Positions 50,860-64,000 of a stretch of 64,000 nt of DNA are shown piece by piece. Both the position numbers and the translations under genes were made by a program. The notes beneath the pieces are model-generated. The model was not told the DNA's origin. It worked only from the letters and a program-made list of their open reading frames with translations, and searched no databases. The DNA is from Camelus dromedarius. Lineage: Eukaryota. Location: assembly GCF_036321535.1 (NCBI RefSeq), contig NC_087437.1, positions 68,698,001-68,762,000 on the forward strand, in the 5' to 3' direction. Position 1 is the first letter of the stretch; every line of letters starts with the position of its first letter.

Positions 50860-51060
50860 AACCCAGTCAGACCGACCTGGGTTTCAATTCCAGTTCTCCC
50901 ATGTACAAACCACATGGCTTTCAGAAAGTTTATATGTCCTTGATCTCATCTGTTAAGTTGGGATAATAATGCCTATTTATCTGTAAAGATCATACGAGAT
51001 AATGTATATATGGTCCTTAGCATGGGATCTATAGGGACTAAACAAAATTAGTGATGGTGG
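50860..51060 (+). mobile_element. MIR SINE
   Basis: agtcagaccgacctgggtttcaattccag...tctcatctgttaagttgggataataatgcc. Confidence 0.75.
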
Positions 51061-52244
51061 CAATTATATTACTATGGTAACTATATTGAAGAATATCAAA
51101 GACCGAACACTAGATCCTAAATTCTAGAAATATTACAATATCTCCTCTGAAACATAGTCTGAGATATAATCTACTTTATATATGGAGAGAGTGTGTGTGT
51201 GTTTTCTATAGCCTATAGAAGCTGACACACAGTCTTATTATCTTATTAATAAGTTAATATTCAGAGCAAAGCTTTTATTTGAGAAGATAAATGACTGGGA
51301 AGGGGAAGGCTTAAATATTTGAAGTAAATAATGTGTCTAAAGGAGTTCCAACATGGAACTTTTAAGTTCCTGAAGTCTTATCTCATTCTTTTATTTCTTC
51401 CTACAATTAGACAAAAGACTATGTTGATATTTAAGCAGTCAAGGTTTGTTTTGGTCTTAAGATAATCTGATTAAAGAAAAGAGGATTCCCCAGGTGAGAT
51501 GTAAAACCTGATGCACTGGCCTAAGAAAGCCAGGACCTTGCTGTGGGTTCTACCTTGTGATCCTCAACATCTAGCACATGGCGCCAGAACCATATTTATT
51601 GAAATGAGTTAAACTAGATTTTCCACTCATGGTTAAAACATTTACTTCATTAAAAAAAAAAAAAGCAAAACTATTTCTCCATATAACCTTTGAAATAATT
51701 TAAAACCAGAATAAATCTTAAGACCCAGCTAAGAAATCTCAGTTGGACTTTATAACATACCAGCATTTTTGCCAATGGAGACATGGCTAAAAATGTGGCA
51801 AGTGAGTGGGCCAGGGCTTTGGGAGCCTGATTTTCCTGATTAGATGTGGAACAGCATCTGTGGACTAAATGAGTTAGCACTCCCAGAAACTGCTCATGAG
51901 ACACCCTCCTCCAGATATGTCAATTTGTATATATATATATATTTTTTTTCACTGCTTTTGGGCTTCAGTTTCCCTATGTTAAATGAAATAATTGCACTAA
52001 AATACATGTAAATTTTATTCTATCTCTACCATCAAATTATTATCATTATTTTATCTTCTATTGGGCAAGGTAATTTGACATTTTAAAGTTCTGTCCTCAA
52101 ACTATTTTGTTTTTTTTTTTGGTCTTCAGTGCAGTATCTAAGACCCATACATCTAGATGGCTGTTCCTAAATCACAAATCAAATACAGTAACCAGCATTA
52201 GTTATCAAAGATAGTTAATGACACTTGTAGGTCAAGAAAAAGAT

Positions 52245-52380
52245 TTTCCCTTTTACAGATAAGAGAACATAAATAGGTAAAGTAACTTGTTCAAGGTCAT
52301 ACACCTATGAAGGGGTGAATTCGGAATTTGCATATGAGACTGTTCGCTTTCCGATACTGCACTTTGAATCTGTATGCTGT
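52245..52380 (-). mobile_element. MIR SINE
   Basis: ttttacagataagagaac...aggtaaagtaacttgttcaaggtcatac. Confidence 0.75.
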
Positions 52381-52569
52381 GCTGGCTCCTTCTGTTTTTT
52401 ATGGCAATGGGTGGGCAAGCCAACACAGGAAAATACACTTCAGCAAAATTTGTTCCAGAGATGCCAAGTAGATCAATTTGGCCTCAGTAGAATAGAGATA
52501 CTAGGATATGACAAGAAATGACAGAGTGATGTCAAAGAGATCATAACACTTTGATGATAACTAATGGAG

Positions 52570-52765
52570 AAAGAGCATGGTGGAAAGAAGAGAAGTTTAT
52601 AATGAGGCAGAACTGAACTTTAAATACTAGTTTTGTCACTTCCCAGATGTAGGACCTTACAGTGGTCATTTAACCACAGCTCAGTCCTTTCATCTGTAAA
52701 ATGGTCATGCTGTATTATACATATTAGAAACATCTCAAGGTTATTGAGATTAGATGCATAATCTC
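52570..52765 (+). mobile_element. MIR SINE
   Basis: gtcatttaacc...ctcagtcctttcatctgtaaaatgg. Confidence 0.7.
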
Positions 52766-55700
52766 CTTTAACAGATAATTATATAGTCTCATGGTATACA
52801 GCTCTAAAATGAGAGTGTCTACTGCCTCTGCACTGCGGCAGAGGGAGGTCATGAGAGGATCATGGGAGATTTACAAGGGCAGAAAGTAGATGTTCAAAAT
52901 AGTTTTTACCACGCTATCTTAGAATACATTTGTTGTTATTCTCTGGATGCCTCCTCTCCCCATCTGGATTATAAATCCCTTGAAGACAAAGACAGGGCCT
53001 TTCTGTGGTTTGTGTCCCCACAGTAGCCGGGTGGGACCAGGTGCACAGTGACAAGAACTTAATGCTTCATGAGGGATATTTTGAGGGTATCCCCACAGCT
53101 TTGTATATTGGAAAGAAATAGAGAGAGACTGGGAGAAAGATCAGCTAGGAGGCTGCTGGGGACAAGAGAAACATTTTCCATTTTAAACCCACCAAGTCAG
53201 CAGTTCAGAGTCTATATTGATTTGCCTTTTTAAAAGAATATTAATTTCCTTTTTAAAATGTGGGTAAGAGACTAAACAAATTGGGCCTTGAATTTATTTA
53301 CTAAGATTCAGTCCCTGATTATTCTCCTCTTTAAATCACCCTGCTGCCATACTGCAGGCCCTTCACAACATTAATATTAATATTGCCTTGCTTCTGGTCG
53401 AGGCTGATGGCGATGGCGTTTCATAATTCAGATGTGAAAGTGAGAAAGGTCTCACAGTTTCGCCTCCAGTGCCTTCACTGTGCTATATGAGGAAAAGGGA
53501 AATTGAAGTATTGAGCTGGTTTTCATTCAGAAAAAGGGCCTTGACCGTGGGGAGCCCACGGCTGAGGCCAGCGAGCTTGTGAGCTTGTTAGCTTGTTAGT
53601 AGACCATTACCTTGATCCCAGGAAGACAATGCAGTGTGTAAACTAGGATGGTGGAGGTGACAGCGGGCTTTTCTGCTGATTGGGAATAGGGACACTTCTT
53701 GGCTGTCTTCTACATTGTCTTCTTATGGTTACATTTTTTGTTCTTAATTTTTGTTTACTTGTTGGTTGGTTTTTTTGCAGAGTTCTCAAGATTTTATTGC
53801 TTCCTTCTTTCCTCCTTTCCCCCTTAGGAGCTCCCCTACCTCCAAAATATGCTTACTTGGTCCAATATCAATGTCAGGCACCCAGCAGACATTCTAGAGA
53901 CAAGTTGTATTTTAGTAACTGAGTATCGTCTTGACGAATTTACTCTTCAATTCCACAAATGTTCCCCCTTTAATGTATATCATTTAGATCATCGATATTA
54001 GCTTGGTATTGAGCTGTGGTTCAGAAGTACTTACTTCTGATCTGTAAGTCTCAAAACTATTAACAAAACTCTTCTTCTGGCCTTGCTTTCCTCCAATACC
54101 GTCTGCTTACTGGTTGCAGAAATGATTGTGTGGCACAGCATCTCTCTACCCGCCTCATGTCCCGCGTCTGTCTTCCCTGTGCTTGCTTATTTCCCTTTGA
54201 TAAAATCAACATTCTCCGTACTCCCTGGTAATGACAAAGGAATTGTAAACTCCTTATAGTGGGAAGTTAGTTCCTGTTTGAAGTCCAGGCTGACAAAGAT
54301 TTCCACATTTCAAATTGCCATGAAGTTCTCTATGTAACCCTATTACAAAATGTGTCTGGAGGCAGTCGAAGCAAACTGTTAGTGCCATGAGAAAACAAAC
54401 AAACAAAATTCTAGGGGGGCTTTGCAGAGAGTCTTAGAAGTATCTCCCATCAAATAAAGTAAATATCTGTGCAGATGGTATAAATAATAGAGAGTTTAAC
54501 AGAGAGCAATGATATCCTGTAATATTTTTAAGAAGGAACTTGTTTTAGTGCTGTCTTTGATGGATGGTGTGATTGATTACTGAACACTTTAGGAAAGGAA
54601 TTCCTGGTGCAAGGAAATGCAAAGACCAGGTGCAGAGGAGGGGGAAGCATGAGTGTCAGTAGGATGTGACCATGGGACCAGTGAGGATAAGTGGTCAGAG
54701 ATGGAATTCCACCCAGTGGTGGAATTGTCTGCTTAAAGATGTCGAGGTGTGAAGGCACCAGGTCCACTGGGGAATTTAAAATAAGTGGTTGCAGCCTCCA
54801 TGTGTACCTCTCTGTGCCTGGTTCTTTGGAGGCTTTTCATTTAGTGAAGCAGAAAGATGAGGGCTGATCAAGAAGCCCAAAAACCTCAGCATGCTTGAAA
54901 GCAAGGCTGTGGAGTTCTGGGTAATGGTGGGGTGGTGCCTGCCAATGTGTCTCTGCCTCAATCATCACGTACGATAGTGTCCTGACCTCCCTGGTATGTC
55001 GAATCATAAGCTCAAACATTTGCATGGCAATGTTTTCTTCCACTGATATATTTTCACCATATTTACTGCTCATTGCCCCATATGTGACACCCTGGTACAG
55101 TTTCCCCTGCTCATGGGACTTTTTGATTTTTTTTAATCACTTCATTCCCATTTTGGCCTTATATGACACTAACTCTGTGTCTATAATGAGGCCATGCTAA
55201 TTCGTGCTGTGAGCTTATGAGTTTTCTTTAAGCCTGGAGAGAGGTCATGAGACACGGCAAAGGGATGTTTCTTTCTTTCTGCAGCTGCTGCTCTAGAGGG
55301 CTGACCGACTGACCCTCTCATCGTCATTGGATGCTTTCCCAGAGAAACCAGTGGCTGGATCTGTGTTGGGGTTCTAGGCAGGAGGAGAGCAGGACAGGGA
55401 TGGAAAAGACAGAGGATGGTACTGGTGGGCGGTGCCGTTCGGCCCATTAAAATGCCATCCGCTCTGTCAGGGAGGGGCAGAAGCCAACAATTTGCATGAT
55501 GTGATTAGTACACAAAAGCAAATAAAACAGTTATTAGAGGGAGGCAATCAATTGGTACCTGGCAGTCCGCTGTGGGAAGATCTGTCAGTCTCCTTTATTA
55601 ATTGAAGAAATGCCTTCAGGGGAGCCCTTTCTAAATAGGCTTCCTTAGTTGCAACGAAGGCCCAGTCTCTTAGCAAGTAACCTATCATTATTATTAGCAG

Positions 55701-56688
55701 TAATGCAATAATACTAATAACAATAATATTAATAGCAAATACTATTTTCTCAGGAATGGGTAAGTCTTGGAGAGTATTTTATTACTATTGTTATTATTAC
55801 TGTTGTTATTAATGTTATTAGCCTCACGCTGGGCTCTCACTACCATCTCCATGAGTACTGCATATGCTTTTACTTAGGCAAAAGGACTTGTTTGTGAGGG
55901 GACGTTTTCCCTCCCTGTGACACTACTCTAAAGTTTAACTGTTTGTAAGAGAAGCACCCCAGACTGAGAAGAGGGTGATGCATGTCATCGTGGGCTGCTG
56001 ATTCTCAAATAATGAGCGAGGTAGCTGCAATGTCACTGAGTGCTCAGTGGCACAGAAGCATGAATTTTGAGGTTTCTTTCCTTTATTTCATCCGAGCCTA
56101 AGCTGGGCAATGACTAGCTGTCTTGTGGCAGAGATTTCAGCATCAGGTGAGAAAATGAACAGGTCCTTGATGATTCCTTCTAAACCTGAAAATCAACAAT
56201 TCTCTGGTTGTTGGAGCTCTATGAAGAATGCCGAAGTGGTCAAGAGAAAGCTGCAACACTTCTGGAAAAACAGCACTGCTGGATTCTCGCTTCAAAGAGT
56301 CAAACAGATCTTCCCTTAGGAAGCTCCCCACCCTCTGGCCAGTGAGGACAATGTTAGAAAGATGATCTCTATCAAAACTAACACTTGGGCTAAGGAAGAA
56401 AGTTAAGGATTATTCTCCTGCTGCCCCCCAAATTATGTGAACGTCTCAGGTAGGATACAGGCATTATACCTAGCAGTCAATTGGGAATAACTCCTAACAG
56501 CTGAGATCCAGAGTGGGCTGAAAAATCTTAAGTTCTTTGTGTGTCTCTGTGTGTGTGAGTTGGAGACACACACACAGACTCCCCTCATTGCCCTCCACCC
56601 TTTTCTCTTTATTTGTCTTCAGTTTACCCCAGTTTGTGAGCTACTTCCTTTCTTTATCCTTTGTCAATGGAAAGAGGCATTTTCTAAG

Positions 56689-56862
56689 CCAGTGCTTCTC
56701 AACTTTGTCTCAGTTTTAATGTCTGTGACTCACTGGTGACTTCGTTAAATTGAACGTTCTAATTCAGTGCATCTTAGGTGGGGTTTGACATCGTGCATTC
56801 CTAACAAACTCTTAGGTGGTGGAGTTGATGTTGGTCAGTGGGCCACACGTGGAATAGGAAGT
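56689..56862. mobile_element. MER5-like hAT MITE
   Basis: cagtgcttctcaacttt...ttctaattcagt...ggtggggtttga...tgcattcctaacaaactc...gggccacac. Confidence 0.75.
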
Positions 56863-58184
56863 CTTTAAACTGGCCTACCTGTCTCTTTTATTTTGCCTTT
56901 TCTAAAGGGTGACTAAAGAGTAAAGTTATCTTCCTCTCTCTCCTTGTCTCCATCAGCAGTGGAGTAAGAGGGGCAGCTACATGGTTAAGCATAAATGATT
57001 CACAACACAGGAAATTGCACTGAACTAAGGTACCAGCTCTGTTCTCTCGCCTCACAGGTGTGACTTGCGGAAGCCAGAGGCAGACAGTGATTCAGAACTT
57101 TATCAGTTCAGTAACCAAAATTGTTGGTAAAAGTAGATTAAAGCTCTGAAGACTTGAGATTCTCTGAACCTACACATCTGAAAAGCCATAATCCGTTAAA
57201 CATCTCAAGGCATATGTTTTCTTATGCTATTAAGCAACAATCCTCTGCAAAACACTTACTACCAACTTACAAGAAATTTGACAATGGGTGGTATTTTTTG
57301 CTCTATAATTTTATTTTTGTATCATCTTAAACTTCTTTGTGAGGCACACAAAAGAACTGTGCAGAAATGGAGAGACAAGGATGGAAAGGGGGAAGAAAAG
57401 TTGTGTCACTTAGATTTAAATGACTACTCTGTGTGATGAGAGGGAGGGATAAGGAATTCAGCATTAGATTCCAGAAATTCAGGGATGGGAATTCTCATTG
57501 TCTATAGTGAAAATCTATGAAGGAGTATCTCAGAGGAAAAAGACGATGGAAACAAGGAATGTGGAAGGTTGGCGGAAGTTCATGGAGAGGTAGAATCAAA
57601 GGCAGATTCTTAAGAGAACGTTGGAGAAGAGAATAATTCAAAGGAGAATACTGTGAGCTTTGCTTGGTAGTGGCCAGTGGATGCCTTGCTTCATGAAAAA
57701 GAGTGACTAGGCTAAAGAAATGAGTTCCTATTTCAAAAGATATGTTTCTGCAGATAACATTCTGTTTCAGTACAATACATTAAGAGCAAGGGCTTCTTTT
57801 ATCTTATACTTATCTTTGGGTCCCCAGAGCTTAGTGTGGTATTTGACACATAATAAATGCTGGATAAATGTTTGATGAGTGTAAGGGAGGCTAAATGAAT
57901 AGTAATGTACCATCAAAATTCTTAGTGATTATTAAATCTCAATGTATTGAGTATTATTTAAAAGAGAGCTATTTGAGCAGGTACTTGTTATTTCATAGAT
58001 CGATTGATAGGTAGGTAGGTAGATAGGTATTATTCTACATAATGTAATAGAATTTAATCGCTCTTGCTCTGATAAGGGTAGCAGTGAGCAGGAGAGTTAG
58101 GGTAAGTTGGAGAATGTGTGGTTTGAAGAAAAACAAATACTCATGTTAAATGTTCATACCACACACATACATTCAAACCAACAA

Positions 58185-58352
58185 AAACAAAGGAGCAAAA
58201 GGAAACTTGTGGACGGTGATGGATATTTTACTACCTTGATGTGGTGATGGTTTTAAGGATGTATGCAAATCTCCAAATGTATTAATTATATACATTAATT
58301 ATGTGCAGTTTTTGTATATTAACTATACCTCAATAAAGCTGTTTTAAAAAAA
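58185..58352 (+). mobile_element. Old L1 3' end
   Basis: ggaaacttgtggacggtgatggatatt...ccttgatgtggtgatggttt...ctatacctcaataaagctgttttaaaaaaa. Confidence 0.8.
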
Positions 58353-61323
58353 TCAATAGTAATACATAGGAGAAATGTATAAAGAAGTCAGACCAGGAAA
58401 AATAAAAGTACTTGTCTCCCCCACCCAAAACCAAACACCTACATACTTATTCTTTTAATAATGGTGCTTTATTAATGATCACAATCCTCAAGGAACTAGA
58501 AGAGGAATAGACTTCTTGTTTTCCTATGGAAATAACAAGGAAGGGATTGGCCTTTGGCCCTCTAGTTCTCCTTTTCAGGGAAAAGTAAAACCCCAAGTTT
58601 TCTACTCAGTATCCCTTCAAAAACTCCTTGACATCTTGCAATGCTGACATAAGATTGTGAGATAGAGAAATTCTAAGAACCTTGTTTGGACATACGATGG
58701 AGAAATCGGTCCAGATGACAAAGATGCTCCCATCCTAAATAAGCACAAAGAGGCAGCAAGGGCATCACTCAGTGAAGACCTCCAGCAGGAGCCTGGACAA
58801 AGAACAGCGTATCGGCATTTGCTGGGACCCTCAGTGCCTCATTTGATTTCAGCCACAAAAAAAATATAATGCATTTCAGCAGAAATACATGATAGAGATG
58901 TTATCAACTGAATGACAGCTGTGAGAGGGACTGAGGGAGGGCCCTTTGTGGAGATAGTCCAGATCACCTCTGACACATCAAATTTGGATTTACATATGAA
59001 AGATGATGCAGGTGCTTTTCTTTGTAAGCAAAGTAATCTTTGTGATATTCTGTGTGTTATTATCTTTCTCTAAGTTTCTGTTTTTCCATATCTCTTTGCG
59101 TCTCACACCAAGAAAATTCTTGAAAACCATTTCAATAATCTCTCCAACAACCTTATTTTTCATAATCTGTACAATTAGGTACATTCACAAAGATACTTCT
59201 AAGAAGAAAGCCTGTATCTTTCCGACTGCCACCCTAACTACTTCACTGTGTGTCCCGCCCTGCACAGGTCATTAGCATAGTGCTCCTTCTGAGGTGGCTT
59301 TGGGTGAGGTCCCAACAAACACATTTGATTGCTTAAGGGACCAGAGTTAATTGCCAGTCTCAGTGCTTACACACACAGAGAGGCAGATGTGCCTCACCAG
59401 CTCACAAATCCATGAAAATCAAATTACCCAGCTAACAGGCTAGATGTAGTTTGGGGTTTTATCCTCCTTTTTCTCATGTATAGCAGCAGCTGGAAGGATT
59501 AGAGATGTGACAGTTGACTCACACTGAACATGTCCTTTTGATTCTGGAGTGCTTGTAGTTTCATCTTTAAAATTTGTTGTTTATTTCATTTTCTTTGTTT
59601 GCAGGTTTGGGAAATTAGTCATGTTCTCAGAGAAAATCAGATAGTGGACATCAGTCATTCCATCTAAAAGTTTTTCTCACTTCCCAAAGTCCTTATTGTC
59701 TACTGACTGAGGAGAGAATGGATTGTTACCTTTTTCTTGTTGATAGTTATTCATATAATTTAAAACCCCACCAGACAAGTAATTATCCATCATCTCTCCC
59801 TTGGTGCATCCTACCAGGAAGGCAGAGACAGAGGCGAGGCTGTTTCAGATGAGGTGGTGCAAGGGGACAGGGTACCACACTAGGAGTGCTACATCCTGCT
59901 ACTTTACTTACGGAAGAAAAAAGTGCTTTCATCAGAGATTACCTGTATATGACAAGTGGGCACTGTATATAAAAGAAATTAATGAATAACAAATTCATTT
60001 CTCCTTAACAAGGCAGGTCTAAAACAAATTGGCATAAAGCATAAAACAGTAGGGACATGTTGACTAGTTGAAAAATTAGAATAATTTAGATTAGCATGGA
60101 ATCTACAAAAGTCACATAACCTCCTCAGGCCAAATATTAAGCTTTTTTTCATCAGTAGTGTGAAGAAAATAATAATCTGTCCTCCAACGTTTTTTGCTTG
60201 TTTTTATTTGTTTAAGGCACAGGGGAATTAAATGATATTATCTCAGTGGCTGGAATATAGCAAGCACTTACTAAACATTAATCATCAGTGTTATTATTTC
60301 ATTTTTATAAAGTTTTGAACTAGATTATAGGCTCCTAACCTTTTATTACCAAGTATCCATTTTTTTTCCATCAATACCCTATGTTTGGGAATGTTTTCAT
60401 GCAAATCTACTACATTAATCAAGTAACAATTAAATTGTTCTCCCATTTTTAAGTGTTCACAGACATAGAACTTTCAGTTAGAGCCTAGAGCTTCAGATAT
60501 GTGTGATACTGAGTGTTGCCACATTGAGTTCATGTTCTAATTCGAAGTAAAGAAGGGTGATATTTTAACTAAACCATGTTAAACTATGTAGTCTCATCTG
60601 GGATGAACATGAGATTAGTATTAAAAATATCTCAAAGACTTACATGTTCAGAGACCCTAGGCAAGGACAGAAGTCATTTTTATAACTAAAGCTCTATGAT
60701 CCTATGGTTGAATATTCTTGGATGCTAGGTAGAGCCAGCTGAAGATACATAGTGTAATTTCAAGAACACTGGAAGGTATTTGTATACCACCCCCCTTCCG
60801 AATCCCACCATCTGATGACACCTGGAAGTGAGCTTGTAACTTCAGAAACTAGATCACAGTTAATGCAAAAATAATAGGAGAGACAACATTTTTAACCTGC
60901 TGTTCATTCAACAGTTACTGTAGTTCAACTATATGCCAATCTGGTGGATGGGGCAGGAGATTGTAATTTGTTCCAGCCATCTTTTCTGCTTCAAAACCCC
61001 AAAAGGTCCTGGAGATAATACAGTTCTGCAGCATTGGGAGTATAGCTGACACAGAGGAGGTTACCCCTAATTTTTAACCTCTGTGCACACAAGGAGCTTT
61101 GGATAGAATAGTGAATAGTGAAGCACAGGGTTCACTCCTTGACTGCCACTGGTGTCAGGGACAGTTGTTGCCACTCCTGGGCACCTCTCACTGGAGGAAG
61201 AAGGCAACCTCACATCTCACCTCATACACAGTGGATCCATCAGCAAAGCTAGTACACAAGATGACTGACCATGAGTTGTAAGCCCAACTCAATATATGTT
61301 CTTGGAAGAGCCCAGACATATGA

Positions 61324-62497
61324 GAAAATTAGAACATTTTCTCAGATCGTATACAAAAATAAACTCAAAATGGATTAAAGACCTAAATGTAAGACCGGAA
61401 ACCATAAAACTCCCACAGGAAAACACAGGCAGAACATTCTTTGACATAAATCACAGCAATATTTTTCTGGATCTGTCTCCTGAGGCAAAGGAAGCAAAAG
61501 CAAAACTAAATAAATGGGACCTATTTAAACTTCAATGCTTTTGCACAGCAAAGAAAACCATTGACAAAACAAAAAAAACCCTACAGAATGGGAGAAAATA
61601 TTTGTAAATGTTATGACTGATAAGAAGTTAATATCCAAAAATATATAAACATCTCATATGACTCAATATCAAAAAAAAAAAAAAGAGCCTAGTTATAAAC
61701 TGGGCAGAAGATCTGAATAATTTTTTTTTTCCCAAAGAAGACATACACATGGCCAACAGGCACATGAAAAAAATCTCAGCATCACTCATCATCAGAGAAA
61801 TGCAAATCAAAACCACAATGAGATATCACCTCACACCTGTCAGAATGGCCATCATCAAAAAGAACACAAATAAGTGCTGGCGAGGATGTGGAGAAAAGGG
61901 AGCCCTTGTGCACTGTAGGTGGGAATGTAAAGAGGTGCAGCCACGGTGGAGATCAGTATGGAGTTTCCTCAAAAAACTAAAAGTAGAATAACCATAGGAT
62001 CTAGCAATTCCACTCCTAGGTATAGCAGGAAAACAAAGCACTAATTCAAAAAGACACATACACCCCAATGCTCATAGCAGCATTATTTACAAAAACCAAA
62101 GTATGGGAACAACCAAAGTGTCTAATAATAGATGAATGGATGAGAAGGATGTGGCATATACATATGTGTGTGTGTATGTGTATATATGTGTATATATATA
62201 TATATATATATGTATGTGTATGTGTGTATATATATATATCTTTAAACACACACAATGGTATACACTAGTAGAGAGTGAAGGGGGTGAAGCAAGTTGGGAA
62301 TAGGGGATTAAGAGGTATAAACCATTATGTATAAAATAAATAAGCTACAAGGATAAATTGTACAGCACAGGGAATATAGCCAATATTTTATGACAATTTT
62401 AAATGGAGTATAATCTACACAATTTTGGAATCATGATGTTGTACACTTAAAACTAATATGTTGTCAATCAGCTATACCTCAAAAAAAAAGTAAAAAA
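61324..62497 (+). mobile_element. 5'-truncated L1 (ORF2 C-terminus + 3' UTR) with internal (TA/TG)n
   Basis: [52 protein letters not shown]; 3' end tgttgtacacttaaaactaat...ctatacctcaaaaaaaa; microsatellite 62155-62240. Confidence 0.93.
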
Positions 62498-63229
62498 CCC
62501 AACCCAACTCATATGGGATGGGGCCATCAGCAGGGCTTGTATGCAAGATGACTGACCATGAGTTGTAAGCTCAACTCAAAATCTGTTCTTGAAAGGGTGC
62601 AGACATATGAAACACCTGCATTTGAGAGAAGAGCTTCCACACATATATCTGTCTACCCACGCATTTGGTAGGTTCTAAAGGATGGTAGTTTTTTAAACGT
62701 ACACTTTTTCTTCGTTTTTGCTTTTGTTTTTTTCCCTTACAATGTTCAAGTGCTTTGTCTTCAGGCAAACAGAAAACATTTCAAAGTTCCACGCACTGAG
62801 GAAAAGATAGGTGATAGAAGCGTTAATAAGAATGTCAGTTTGCCCTCTCAGCTCTCGCCATTTCCTCAGAGAAACAGGCTTGCATCAACATGCAGTTCAG
62901 CCAATGAGAGTCCAGTAAGTTATGTGCGAAGTACAGAGGAGGACAGGAATTAACTCTACTGGGGCGGCCAGTGGTCAGGAAAGTCGTCAAAGAAGAGGTG
63001 TTATCTGAAAAGAGGCTGAGAGATTTACAAGGAAGGTGAAGAGAGGTGGAGAGCTGGTGAAGGTAGGACACCTAGATGCCTAGGGGTGTTTGCAGAACTT
63101 TTAGTCATCTCATGTGCTTTCCACTGTACGCTGCTTGTGGCGTGTTTCTGGGGGTAAATGCTGTAAGAGGTGGAGATCTGGTATACAGTGCTAGGTAATT
63201 TATATTTATCCAAATGATAAAGTAGGATT

Positions 63230-63590
63230 TGTATTGGCCTAACTGTGTCCCTCTCAGGGTCTTATGTTGAAGCCCTAACTCCCCGTACCTAAGAATGTGA
63301 CTGTATTTGGAGTTGAACGGAGGCCGGCAGGGTGGGCCCTAATCCAATCCGACTGCTGTCTTTATAAGAAAAGCTAATTTGGATCCACAAGGAAACATCA
63401 GGAATGTGTGTGTGTGGAGGAAAGACCATGCAGGGAAAGAAGGTGGCCACCTGTCAGCCGAGGAGAAGGGGCCCAGAAGAAACCAGACTTTGGTCTTGGA
63501 CTTCTATCCTCAAACTGTGAAAAAGTAACTTTCTGTTTAAGTCTCCCAGTCTGTGGTATGTTGTTATTACAGCCCTAGAAAATTAATACA
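63230..63590 (+). mobile_element. MLT1B-like MaLR solo LTR
   Basis: tgtattggcctaactgtgtccc...gaatgtgactgtatttggag...gggccctaatccaat...ttacagccctagaaaattaataca. Confidence 0.88.
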
Positions 63591-64000
63591 AGGGCTTTTA
63601 TCATCAAAGGAGGCATTTTCAAATAGAAGGTTTGTATGTTCAAATCGGGCCTTTAGAAGTCTGAATGTGTTGACACTGTGATCCTTTAATCATCTTGGTA
63701 ATCTGAGGTAGTTTTGTTTTGCTTTGTTCTACAATCTCTTTTTTTGAGGAGGGGGCTTAAAAAAGCATAATCACAAAAAATAACTCATTTTGCTACTTTA
63801 ACCAAGAAATCAGTGGGTCTAGAAAATGAACCTCAGAATACTCAAACCACTTAGAGCCACATTTCTTCAGGATACCATGCAGTGGTCCCCAGGGTGAGAG
63901 GGATGTGATTTTCCTCCGGCAATAGAGGAATAGAACTATCAAATCTGTAATAAATAGAAATCGTTTTACCTTTCACACATTTTCAGAATTTCCCCTGCTG

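Noticed and set aside
58666..58869. Protein-like open frame (LVWTYDGEIGPDDKDAPILNKHKE...)
   Set aside because: No ATG, no polypyrimidine acceptor, no family recognised
59575..59640. Strong-looking splice acceptor (ttttctttgtttgcag/g)
   Set aside because: No identifiable coding exon or partner donor; such motifs are common in T-rich DNA
61296..62268. Cluster of ORFs
   Set aside because: Frameshifted L1 ORF2 remnants and microsatellite translations
1..64000. CRISPR arrays, operons, prokaryotic defence systems, CpG-island promoter
   Set aside because: Mammalian repeat-rich DNA; no spacer-repeat arrays, long ORFs or CpG island seen

Overview
AT-rich mammalian non-coding DNA (intronic or intergenic), most likely camelid, judged from five copies of a Vic-1-like tRNA-derived SINE and cetartiodactyl-type L1 3' ends. 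I cannot support any intact protein-coding gene or functional RNA gene: the short ORFs are repeat-derived or chance. The window is dominated by mobile elements: L1s of several ages, MIR/L2/L3, MLT1 solo LTRs, Tigger2 and hAT MITEs, and a degenerate two-LTR ERV-L provirus (10.76-14.39 kb, minus strand). Most notable observations: (1) a frameshifted PIF/Harbinger (HARBI1/ALP1-like) DDE transposase fossil at about 44.15-46.0 kb, split by a twin-primed L1 whose removal restores the reading frame; (2) a SINE fused to a 5'-half tRNA-Gly(TCC) inside one perfect 15-bp TSD; (3) an L1 flanked by an unusually long (at least 87 bp) duplication. Repeat family names come from remembered consensus motifs, not a database search, and boundaries of old repeats are approximate.
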